A program made the position numbers and the translations under genes. From positions 136,958,001 through 137,022,000 of the forward strand of contig NC_043000.1 of NCBI RefSeq assembly GCF_006345805.1: a stretch of 64,000 nucleotides of DNA. Direction: 5' to 3'. The notes under the pieces are model-generated. The model was not told the DNA's origin and made no database searches. It worked only from the letters and a program-made list of their open reading frames with translations. Shown here piece after piece: positions 27,070 to 37,261 of this stretch. Position 1 is the first letter of the stretch. Each line of letters starts with the position of its first letter. Source of the DNA: Octopus sinensis. Lineage: Eukaryota.

Positions 27070-27292
27070 GCGTGTGTGTGTTTGTGTATCAGTGTTTGTC
27101 CCCCTAACATTGCTTGACAACCGATACTGGTGTGTTTGTGTCCCCGTTACTTAGCGGTTCGGCAAAAGAGACCGATAGAATAAGTACTGGGCTTACAAAA
27201 GAATAAGTCCGAGGGTCGAGTTGTTCGATTAAAGGCGGTGCTCAAGCATGACCGCAGTCAAATGACTGAAACAAGTAAAAGAGTAAAAGAGA
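26853..27292 (+). mobile_element. SINE family B, full length
   Basis: Near-identical to the 8044 copy; ends aagtaaaagagtaaaaga. Confidence 0.92.
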
Positions 27293-27807
27293 GTACAATA
27301 TTGTCACTCCCTCTGTCTGCCCCCCTCTCTCTCTCTCTCTCTCCCAAGAGGGCATTCAACATAGTTCATAAATTGATTCACGAAGCACAAACTTTCGACT
27401 CACTGTTACAAGACACCTTTGTGTTTTGATCTTTTCTGCTAGTTTTCTCCCTAATTTCAGTATTATCTTTCAAACATTTCCTTTCTCAAATCGCTTATCT
27501 TCAAATTATGAGCAATAAAGCGGTAAACCAGGTCATATTTCTGAATAAACGGTAGGTGGCGTGGTGCATTCATTTAAACCTGAAATAATTTACAATAAAA
27601 TAAAAAAAAACTAAAATTAAATGAATTCAGAAAACCAATAAAACTAGATATTAGTTAAAGTCAGCTTTATGAATTCTGATATTGCGGGTTTGATTTTGCT
27701 TTTCATTCTTTACAAGTTGATAACATTGGTAACAAGTATGGTACGAAATTACTTCAATCAATTAGTAGCCCGCTCTCAAAATGTGTAGCCTTTCTGCCAT
27801 TGTAAAA

Positions 27808-28095
27808 ATTATCATTATTATTGCTTTCATATACACTCAACAAGTTAGACTGCTGGAAAAGAAAAGAAAGCTTAACATCGGGCTACAACGAGTAACCTTA
27901 GATGCCAGAACCCTCCTAACTATCCCAACTGTTCCTAATAACAACTGTTTTCTTGAGCTGTACTAGACTGAGTTTTATGCCTGTTTCCTCTATCCATCTA
28001 TTCAGATCTTTAGGGATAGTTCCTAATGCACTTATAACTACTGGGATACATTTTACCCGCTCTTTCCATAGTCTGTGTAATTCAATAGCTAAGTA
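27808..28095 (-). pseudogene. 3' fragment of an R4/Dong-like non-LTR retrotransposon
   Basis: Minus translation YLAIELHRLWKERVKCIPVVISALGTIPKDLNRWIEETGIKLSLVQLKKTV, frameshift, LLGTVGIVRRVL. Confidence 0.75.
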
Positions 28096-30278
28096 CCAGT
28101 TGCGTACGGGATCGATCTAATCAACCACCCCGCTCTCCCAAGATTTCGGGCATTGTACCTAGAGTAGAAAAATTCTTCTTCTTATTATTATTATTATTAA
28201 CAATTCATTGTCATTTTATTTTTTACGGGGAACACCATGAATTTTGAGACAAAGGTAGTCAAGCATTCTCCTTGCCCATTTTTCACTCTATCCTGTGGGC
28301 AAAAATATAGTCTTTTCAATACAATTATGTCACATGTCCATTTCGGTTAAAATTTCGACACTGGTAGTAATTCGAGAAAAACTAACTTCATGGAAGTAGT
28401 TTTTTTCGATGACAAATCTGTGTGTTAATGTTTATAACGGTGGTTGTCGTTGTTGTCAAAAATGTTTTCAAAATGTCCGCAAAACATTTTATTGTTGTTT
28501 TTTTACGTCTGAAAACGTAAAATTTTTCATGATTGAAATTTATTTGCAAACCAGGTTTGTTCTTTTTTTTGGTTTCACAATGGCAGAATTTGCATTTTTT
28601 AAATTTTGCCTTGCCCTTGCTCTCTGTCAAATGTCAAATAACATCAAGCCATGCCTTGTAAAAACCCTTTAAACGACATAAGTATTTAATCTAATTTCTG
28701 GAATAAAGACCCCATAAAAGGTGGTAATCTCTGAGCTAACAACAGCAAGAGCGAAAAAAAAAATGTTCGTTCGAGCAGGCAACCATGTTCCCTCTATTAT
28801 TTTCTATGACTGGATTTGCGCAGAATATTGCTTGTTTTCCTTTGCAGAGAAATCATCTTAAAAAAAAAAAAATCAAGGATTTTCTCTTGAAAACCTTATG
28901 TGTACTTATTATTTTCCTCTGTGTACTAGTTGTATAACGCGTGCAGGCGTAAACAAGCATAAAGCATAAAGAGATCATTGTTGACAGCCAACGAAATCAG
29001 AACAGGTTGTGTTTTAATTTGATTAAATTAACCGTATCTCTACCCCTAAACGTTTGTTGACACACTACAATGTAAGAATAGACCATTATTTTACACACAC
29101 ACATACACATGATGAAAGTGCGGACGACCACTCAAGCCAAAGACCTCTAAATATCATTCTGACGTATTGCTGTGTAGAAACGATGTTCAACGATGCGCGC
29201 GCATGTCTATACGTCATAATACGAAGCAAGAATTTTCTGGTTGGTAGTGATTGTCAAACTGGTATGTTTTTGTTTTGGAATGTTTTGGATTTTACACGTA
29301 CACGTCAACGAGAACCAAGGACAGTATTGTCAAGAGGTAAAGACCAAATCATTTTTTAAACTAGAACTCCACTATTTCATTGATATTATAAAAATAGGAT
29401 CACGCTTGGTCGTACCGTATAAGAGACAGTCGCACGCGATCCCATTCTTAATAATTTATTTACTGACTATATAATACATGCAGCGGCAATATACATAAGT
29501 TTGTAATGACAACAAGATTTCTTTTTAAGATATATACATTATTTATTTTACATATTTTACAATCATGTGGATTCTAAGAGTTCGTAAGCGTTAGCAAGTT
29601 TTTGTGTCTGTGTGTTCGTTAGGCGTAAAAAGGTACTGACCAGTGAAATGACGATGGGATTTGATTCACAGTTCATGTTGTTGGTATCGGCCTGGTAACA
29701 GGTAATAACAGATGGCTTAAGGTAGTTCTTAGAAGAAACTAGAACCCAAGAACAGATAATTGATTTACCGTTTATGAGGTACAGCGTCAGACTTCCATAT
29801 CAAGATATTGCGTATCGCAGTTGAGATTAATTGAATCACTCGTTGTGTTTATCTTTCTCTTGAAATGAACATACTTCCAGATATGTTACTGTAGCCGTTT
29901 TTTCCGTGGCGAGAATTTCACCTAACCGCTATAGCTGAATCTGTAGTCGTCTTGTGTACAAATTAAATCTTCGATGTTTGTCGATTGGTTCTTCCTGCTT
30001 CTTCATTATTTTCTACTTGGTTATTTTTCTCTAGTTATAGATATCCTGTAACCGTTCTTCATGGTGATATTTCACACTAACAGTATAAGAGGTATCTGTA
30101 ACCTCTTGTATTAATGGTGGTCGCCTGCCTTTCGAACTGGAACTTGGTCGAGTATGCTCTGTGTAGTCAGAGACTTAGCTCTTAAAAGAACTAAAAGCCT
30201 AAGACGAGCTCTGTGTGGTCAGAGGTTCGCCCTGAGAAGGACTGGAAACCTAAGACGAATATTTGTCTGAGAAACCTT

Positions 30279-30473
30279 CTTTTATAAGCTTCATCAGGCT
30301 CCCAGTGAACTTCAGAAATGGAAAGCTGTGATTGGCTGCTTGGAACTATGGCGCGAAAATAAGTCGAGACAATTCGCGTCACGTGTCAATCAGTGGCGGA
30401 CTTCGGAGGGACCCTCGTGTCACATGTCACCCAGTGGCGCGAAACACGTAGAGACCAACGTGTCAGCCAATCG
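30279..30473 (-). promoter_or_regulatory. Putative Pol II promoter: TATA box, two CCAAT boxes, two E2F-type sites, E-box
   Basis: TATAAAAG on minus at 30286-30279; ATTGG 30331-30335; TGGCGCGAAA 30349-30358 and 30435-30444; GTCACGTG 30378-30385; CCAAT 30467-30471; locally CpG-rich and unique within the window. Confidence 0.6.
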
Positions 30474-30815
30474 AATTAGTGTTTACAGCAATGTTGAACT
30501 AGCCGAAAATGTTTGTAATCTCGACCGAGGTTATTCTTAATACTCTTCTCAAACAGTGAAGATAGCAATGAGAGACGATATTGCTACAATATCAAGCTGT
30601 AAAAAATCACCATTTCAGCATATTAAATTCATTTTTCTCTTTTACTATTACACTCGTCTGAAATTGGTAAACCTTCAGAATAGGTATCGCTGCCTCGTAG
30701 ACTAGCAAACGAGCAAATTAAAACCGTTTCCTTCGGTTAATGAATTTTTGGCCTAAAAATTTAACTTTTTTTGCCTCCCAATTCCATGTTTTTCTCTGAT
30801 ACACTTTTGCAGCGG

Positions 30816-30911
30816 AGGTAAAGAATACGCACACCACCCGTATTCGGCGTAACCCTATCCCTAAATCTATCCCTAAACACCGAAAACGGGTGGTGTGCGT
30901 ATTCTTTACCT
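30816..30911. repeat. 96-bp hairpin element with a telomere-like loop
   Basis: aggtaaagaatacgcacaccacccgt is perfectly inverted at 30886-30911; loop aaccctatccctaaatctatccctaa. Confidence 0.85.
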
Positions 30912-30961
30912 TTGCCCATTTTTGCTATTACATCAGTTTCACGAGTCGGGTGGGTGAGTGA

Positions 30962-31001
<40 letters not shown>

Positions 31002-31021
31002 TAACACTCCTGTCACAATCT

Positions 31022-31062
31022 GGGACCTTGAAGACTGCTTTAATGCAAGAAAGTATAGTTCC
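31022..31062 (+). ncRNA. Degenerate hammerhead-like motif inside a TA-flanked insert (31000-31276)
   Basis: ggac-cTTGAAGA-CTGC(tttaat)GCAA-GAAA-gtatag-t-tcc: correct motif order with several mismatches. Confidence 0.35.
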
Positions 31063-31434
31063 TTATATTTCCTTAATATTTGATATTCAATATTCCATCT
31101 ATTCAATAAGACAATCAATACTTCATTTCATTTTACTATATATATTATTTATACTATATATATTCTATATTCTACATTAATATTATAAAGAATATGAATA
31201 AAACATAAGAAACAGGCAAAGTTGGAATTTCTTTGAATAATATATATCCTTCTATACACAATCATACAAACCCCTTTATATATATATATATATATATATA
31301 ATCAGCCTTTCCGCTGTCCCTCATAGTGCTAGAAATAGTTGTCAGGTCGATCTACTACCATCCTTCAATCCTTAAATGACCACATTAGATAATGTAATTT
31401 TGGATACCAACTGCGAGGGAAAGGCAGACGATAT

Positions 31435-31846
31435 GAGCTGGCAGAAACGTTAGCACGTCGGGCGAAATGCTTAGCGGTATTTCGTCTGCCGTTACGTTCT
31501 GAGTTCAAATTCCACCGAGGTCGACTTTGCCTTTCATCCTTTCGGGGTCGATAAATTAAGTACCAGTTACGCACTGGGGGTCGATGTAATCGACTTAATA
31601 CCTATGTCTGTCCTTGTTTGTCCCCTCTGTGTTTAGCCCCTTGTGTGTAATAAAGAAATAGGTATTTCGTCTGCCGTTACGTTTTGAGTTCAAATTCCGC
31701 GGAGGTCGACTTTGCATTTCATCCTTTCGGGGTCGATAAATTAAGTACCAGTTACGCACTGGGGGTCGATGTAATCGACTTAATACCTATGTCTGTCCTT
31801 GTTTGTCCCCTTTGTGTTTAGCCCCTTGTGGGTAATAAAGAAATAG
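31435..31846 (+). mobile_element. SINE family A dimer
   Basis: Same junction aaagaaataggtatttcgtctgcc as the 16499 copy; period about 185 bp. Confidence 0.9.
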
Positions 31847-32086
31847 ATATGATTAATGCTTTGAACTCCTTTTATTATAAATCTGCTGGCTTAAGCTGAC
31901 TCGAGGAGAAGCATGCAAAAGACCATCATTTGGTTTCTATGAATTCTGACCTTACTCTATTCAGTAAGTTCATTAATTTCTCAACAGATTGATATATTTT
32001 GTTTCAGTTATGTACATAACTGAGAAGAATGTTACGTAGAAAATATTTTTATTAATATTACATATATATATATATATATATATATA

Positions 32087-32490
32087 CTCTTTTACTCTTT
32101 TACTTGTTTCAGTCATTTGACTGCGGCCATGCTGGAGCACCGCCTTTTAGTCGAGCAAATCGACCCCGGGACTTATGCTTTGTAAGCCCAGTACTTATTC
32201 TATCGGTCTCTTTTGCCGAACCGCTAAGTGACGGGGACGTCAACACACCAGCATCGGTTGTCAAGCAATGCGAAGGGGACAAACACAGACACACAAACAC
32301 ACACACACACACATAAATACACATATATACATATATACGACAGGCTTCTTTCAGTTTCCGTCTACCAAATCCACTCACAAGGCATTGGTCGGCCCGGGGC
32401 TATAGCAGAAGACACTTGCCCAAGATGCCAAGCAGTGGGACTGAACCCGCAACCATGTGGTTGGTTAGCAAGGTACTTACCACACAGCCA
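32087..32490 (-). mobile_element. SINE family B, young, CpG intact
   Basis: Nearly identical to 4750-5143. Confidence 0.92.
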
Positions 32491-33069
32491 CATATATGCA
32501 TTTTACTAGTAGTATTCTACTTAAAACGGATTATTTGGTTTCGATCAAATTTTTCGACCGGTCTTCGTGTATCATTTTGAAGTCAATATGACAAGTTAAA
32601 CTGGTTGCCATACATACAAGTTTCCTAACATCCAAATACGATTTCAAAGCCTTGACGCGTTGCAGCTTCTTTCTTCTCTTCTAACACAGTTTTGTTCGTG
32701 AAGTTAATCTCCCGCCAGAACTTGCCGTTGCAGACGACTTCTTCAGCCACTTTACTTTACACGGATTAACATAGAATTCTTTCTTCGTTTTATACATCTG
32801 TGAAACTTTTTTTTCTTTTTTGATTGACTTTTAAAATCAATCGCTTTCGTAAGTTTCTCGATTTTTTTTTTGATTTTGTATTGCTAATATTAGTTATTTG
32901 TTTTGTTATTTATCGCACACGATTATGTTCATGTTGCGAAGAACGCGTGGAAATGGCTGCACTTTAGCAAATTCAGACGTACATTTCACGAGAAAATTGA
33001 GAACAAAATCAAAATATATGTATGTGTGTGTATGCGCACGTACATAAAATACACACACATGCATCTATA

Positions 33070-33136
<67 letters not shown>

Positions 33137-33774
33137 AATCTATAATATATATATATGCATCTATATATATATATATATATATATATAGTATATATATGTG
33201 TGCATCTATAATATATATATGCATCTATATATATATATATATGCATCTATAATATATATATATATATATATATGTGTGTGCATCTATAATATATATATGT
33301 GTGCATCTATAATATATATATATATGTGCATCTATAATATATATACATATATATATGCATCTATATTTATATGTGCATCTATATATATATATATATATGC
33401 ATCTATATTTATATGTGCATCTATAATATATATATATATATGCATCTATAATATATAATACATGTATAATATATATAGGCATCTATAATATATATATGAA
33501 TATATATATATATATATATAATATATATTATATGCATCTATAACATATATATATATGTCTATATATATTCATCTATAACATATATATATGAACATATATA
33601 TATATATAATAGTTATCGCCATACTAATATGGCATTCTTATAAAAATAAGAATAAAGCTGTCCGCTTATTAGCTCCATGAGGCCATCGCCTCAAGTTAGC
33701 TATTTGATACACAAACTGTATCCATATAACCTTCGAACAAGGGAGGTCAGTCGCTCCACACTACTTGACCGGCA

Positions 33775-33815
33775 CTACAGACGCGTTTCGGGGTATTGCC
33801 CCTTTTCAATGCAGC
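33775..33815 (-). ncRNA. Type I hammerhead ribozyme, U3-A8 variant, copy 1
   Basis: Reverse complement of the 34422 motif, with a 1-nt deletion at the distal end of stem I. Confidence 0.75.
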
Positions 33816-34135
33816 GTAGCCAGCCAGTAGGTGTCGCTTCCGACAATCTCTGTTCGATGGTTTTATTTACCTAGTTTCGGTGGAATACATCCACTTGTTT
33901 TCAATAATAGAAATATTAAAATTACTAAGTCTCTCTAAAAGAGAACAGCGGCAGCGTTCCCGGAAAATAATAGTTATCGCCATACTAATATGGCATTCTT
34001 ATAAAAATAAGAATAAAGCTGTCCGCTTATTAGCTCCATGAGGCCATCGCCTCAAGTTAGCTATTTGATACACAAACTGTATCCATATAACCTTCGAACA
34101 AGGGAGGTCAGTCGCTCCACACTACTTGACCGGCA

Positions 34136-34177
34136 GCTACAGACGCGTTTCGGGGTATTGCCCCTTTTCAATGCAGC
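34136..34177 (-). ncRNA. Type I hammerhead ribozyme, U3-A8 variant, copy 2
   Basis: Exact reverse complement of 34422-34463. Confidence 0.8.
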
Positions 34178-34421
34178 GTAGCCAGCCAGTAGGTGTCGCT
34201 TCCGACAATCTCTGTTCGATGGTTTTATTTACCTAGTTTCGGTAAGTATTAGTATGGCGATAACTATTATTTTCCGGGAACGCTGCCGCTGTTCTCTTTT
34301 AGAGAGACTTAGTAATTTTAATATTTCTATTATTGAAAACAAGTGGATGTATTCCACCGAAACTAGGTAAATAAAACCATCGAACAGAGATTGTCGGAAG
34401 CGACACCTACTGGCTGGCTAC

Positions 34422-34463
34422 GCTGCATTGAAAAGGGGCAATACCCCGAAACGCGTCTGTAGC
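34422..34463 (+). ncRNA. Type I hammerhead ribozyme, U3-A8 variant, copy 3
   Basis: GCUGCA-UUGAAAA-GGGG(CAAUA)CCCC-GAAA-CGCG-UC-UGUAGC: 6-bp stem I, 4-bp stem II, palindromic ACGCGU stem III, GUC site after 34457. Confidence 0.8.
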
Positions 34464-34721
34464 TGCCGGTCAAGTAGTGTGGAGCGACTGACCTCACTTG
34501 TTCGAAGGTTATATGGATACAGTTTGTGTATCAAATAGCTAACTTGAGGCGATGGCCTCATGGAGCTAATAAGCGGACAGCTTTATTCTTATTTTTATAA
34601 GAATGCCATATTAGTATGGCGATAACTATTATTTTCCGGGAACGCTGCCGCTGTTCTCTTTTAGAGAGACTTAGTAATTTTAATATTTCTATTATATATA
34701 TATTATATATATATATATATA

Positions 34722-34755
<34 letters not shown>

Positions 34756-35199
34756 CATCTATAATATATAATACATCTATAATATATATAGGCATATATA
34801 ATATATAATACATCTATAATATATATAGGCATATATAATATATAATACATCTATAATATATATAGGCATATATAATATATAATACATCTATAATATATAT
34901 AGGCATCTATAATATATATATGAATATATATATGTATATATATATATGCATATATATATGTGTGTGTGTGTATATATATATCTATGTACATATGTGTGTG
35001 TGTGTGTGTGTATGTATATATGTATGTATGTATATATGTATGTATGTATATATTATATATATATATGTATATATGTATATATATATATAAACAAACTTTT
35101 GTTTCGACCGAAGATTGGTACAGGCCATATCTAACTTAACAGCACCACCTGATAGGATTATCTAAATCCCTTTTTAAGTCAAGTTTTGTGGTATCATGG

Positions 35200-35300
35200 T
35201 CCATTCAAAAGTTCTTGTTGAGTGAGTTGTATAGGTGGCTTATCTGGTATTCCTAGAAATTTGTCCAGACTCCGTTTAAAGATGATGTGGTCCTTTTCCT
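35200..35300 (-). pseudogene. Short 3' fragment of a CR1-like LINE
   Basis: Minus translation EKDHIIFKRSLDKFLGIPDKP parallels FKIKLDLLLSSVPDEP in the 36004 element. Confidence 0.5.
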
Positions 35301-35522
35301 ATTTGATGCATCTATAAAATATATGTTTATAAAATATATGTTTATATATATATTTATATATATATATATATATATGCATCTATAATATATGTATTTATGC
35401 ATCTATAATATATATATATGCATCAATAATCTATATATGTACGCATCTATATATATGCTTCTATATATATAAGCATCTATATATATATGCATAGGCATCT
35501 ATAATATATATATATATATATA

Positions 35523-35958
35523 TAAACAAAGTCAGAATGCGATAAAATAAAATTAATTATTATCGCTGGTGTTTCTAGCACAGGCCATATATTATTCATA
35601 TATAAGTACACTAACCGGCGAAGTATGTACTAGAAACACAGAAGCTTGATAAATTTAGTGAAATGAAAATAAAAACTTTTACTAACTCGGTTCTTCTTAG
35701 ACTGCAGTTTCGCCTATTTCAGTAATAAAAATAATATTTATTTACTCAGGTAGGCTCTTCAGTAAGATTCCTGTTATTCTTAAATCGCAACTCGATAGAC
35801 ACATGTGCGTCTACTAATTTTCTCTTTCTAACTAATCAGATCACTGCGCAGACGCAGAACGTACCCGACAAACTAGGGATTTCTGGTATATAGTCTAACG
35901 CTCAAAATTTATCGAGAAATATGTAAACAAAGTCAGAATGCGATAAAATAAAATTAAT

Positions 35959-35964
<6 letters not shown>
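35523..35964 (-). mobile_element. TA-embedded 401-bp unit plus 41-bp terminal direct repeat, carrying a hammerhead (Penelope-like/retrozyme-like)
   Basis: taaacaaagtcagaatgcgataaaataaaattaattattat at 35523 and 35924; (TA)n on both sides. Confidence 0.75.
35695..35767 (-). ncRNA. Type I hammerhead ribozyme with fully canonical core
   Basis: Minus strand reads UCUUA-CUGAAGA-GCCUA(34-nt AU-rich loop)UAGGC-GAAA-CUGCAG-UC-UAAGA; predicted cleavage after the C at position 35700. Confidence 0.85.
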
Positions 35965-35995
<31 letters not shown>

Positions 35996-36003
35996 TGTAT
36001 AAT

Positions 36004-36720
36004 GTGAGCTGGATAAAATATACAAGTCGGCTGTAAAGAATAGCATGCAGTTTAATGCTGAAAAGTTTCAAGCCTTGTGCTATCAGAATGCAAAACTAAA
36101 TGCAATAACCATTAAATACACTGGACCTGGAGTGATTGAAAAATCCCAGAGGCACAGTCAGTGCGAGATCTGGGCATTTACATGAGTAATGATGCATCCT
36201 TCCGTGTGCATGTTGCTAAATTGGTGGCTGACCGGATGGATTCTTAGAACTTGTAGGACAAGAGATCAGGAAACCATGATGGTCCTCTGGAGGACACCTA
36301 TCCTAAGCCACTTTGACTATTGCTCTCAGCTATGATCACCAACCAATGTCAAATTAATCTTAGAACTTGAAGCAATCTACGAAGAAGCTACTGGGAAAAA
36401 CTCAAGAGATTGAGACTCTATTCCTTAGAGTGTAGGCAAGAAAGATATGCCATAATATACATCTGGAAGGACTTGTCCCAAACTTTGGCATCAAGAGTTA
36501 CACAACTACTAGAACTGGGTGCCACTGCATAGTGCCAAGGACTCCAAATTTGCCATCAAGATATAGGACAAGATACTGCAATAGCCTGGGCTTCAGAGGA
36601 CCACAGCTTTTCAATATCCTCCCGAAGGATCTGCATGTGGTGGATGTAGGTGTCTTCAAAATAAAGCTGGACCTCTTACTGTCAAGTGTCCCAGATGAGC
36701 CAGCTTCGTGGCAGGAGGTA
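36004..36720 (+). pseudogene. Decayed CR1/L2-group LINE ORF2, region C-terminal to the RT core
   Basis: Piecewise translation ELDKIYKSAVKNSMQFNAEKFQ...VRDLGIYMSND...GWILRT...HFDYCSQL*SP...SYWEKLKRLRLYSLECRQERY...GPQLFNILPKDL...FKIKLDLLLSSVPDEP, with stops and frameshifts. Confidence 0.88.
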
Positions 36721-37029
36721 CATTCCGAGAACCGAGCTTTTGTTTCGAGTTCGTAAAAACACGATACCGTTTCATCAGGCTGGCTTCAAATTCTTCCTAC
36801 AGATCAGATCAGAACAGAATCTGATCCGTTTCTCTTTCAAACCGCTTCGGTACTTCCTCCTGCCGAGCTCCCCACTTTGTACACACATTCCCATATCAGA
36901 AGTTTTCCACCTTCTTCAGCAATGCATTATTACTATAGTCCAGTTTTGTCTAGTAAGCTCACAGATCCTCACTTGTCTGTCCTCGCAAGTCACTGCATCC
37001 ACTCGGTAGTAGTTGATTGTTTACCACAA

Positions 37030-37261
37030 GGCGGCGAGCTGGCAGAAACGTTAGCACGCCGGGCGAAATGCGTAGCCGTATTTCGTCTGTCGTTACGTTG
37101 TGAGTTCAAATTCCGCCGACGTCAACTTTGCCTTTCATCCTTTCGGGGTCGATAAATTAAGTACCAGTTGCGCACTGGGGTCGATGTAATCGACTTAATA
37201 CCTATGTCTGTCCTTGTTTGTCCCCTCTATGTTTAGCCCCTTGTGGATAATAAAGAAATAG
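37030..37261 (+). mobile_element. SINE family A monomer with 9-bp TSD
   Basis: gtttaccac at 37019-37027 and 37262-37270. Confidence 0.92.

Larger units (their letters stand above)
33606..34693. mobile_element. Penelope-like/retrozyme-like array: 361-362-bp unit, about 1.75 direct copies then about 1.25 inverted copies
   Basis: tagttatcgccatactaat at 33610 and 33971; inversion junction at about 34244-34247; each unit carries a hammerhead motif. Confidence 0.85.
33055..35522. repeat. (TA)n-gcatcta minisatellite field hosting nested insertions
   Basis: atgcatctata(ata)n units at 33060-33600, 34750-34930 and 35305-35520. Confidence 0.85.

Noticed and set aside
29769-30911. Telomerase RNA candidate because of the promoter and nearby AACCCT
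   Set aside because: No CUAACCCUAA-type template in the predicted minus transcript, and the AACCCT patch is degenerate and lies inside a hairpin repeat.
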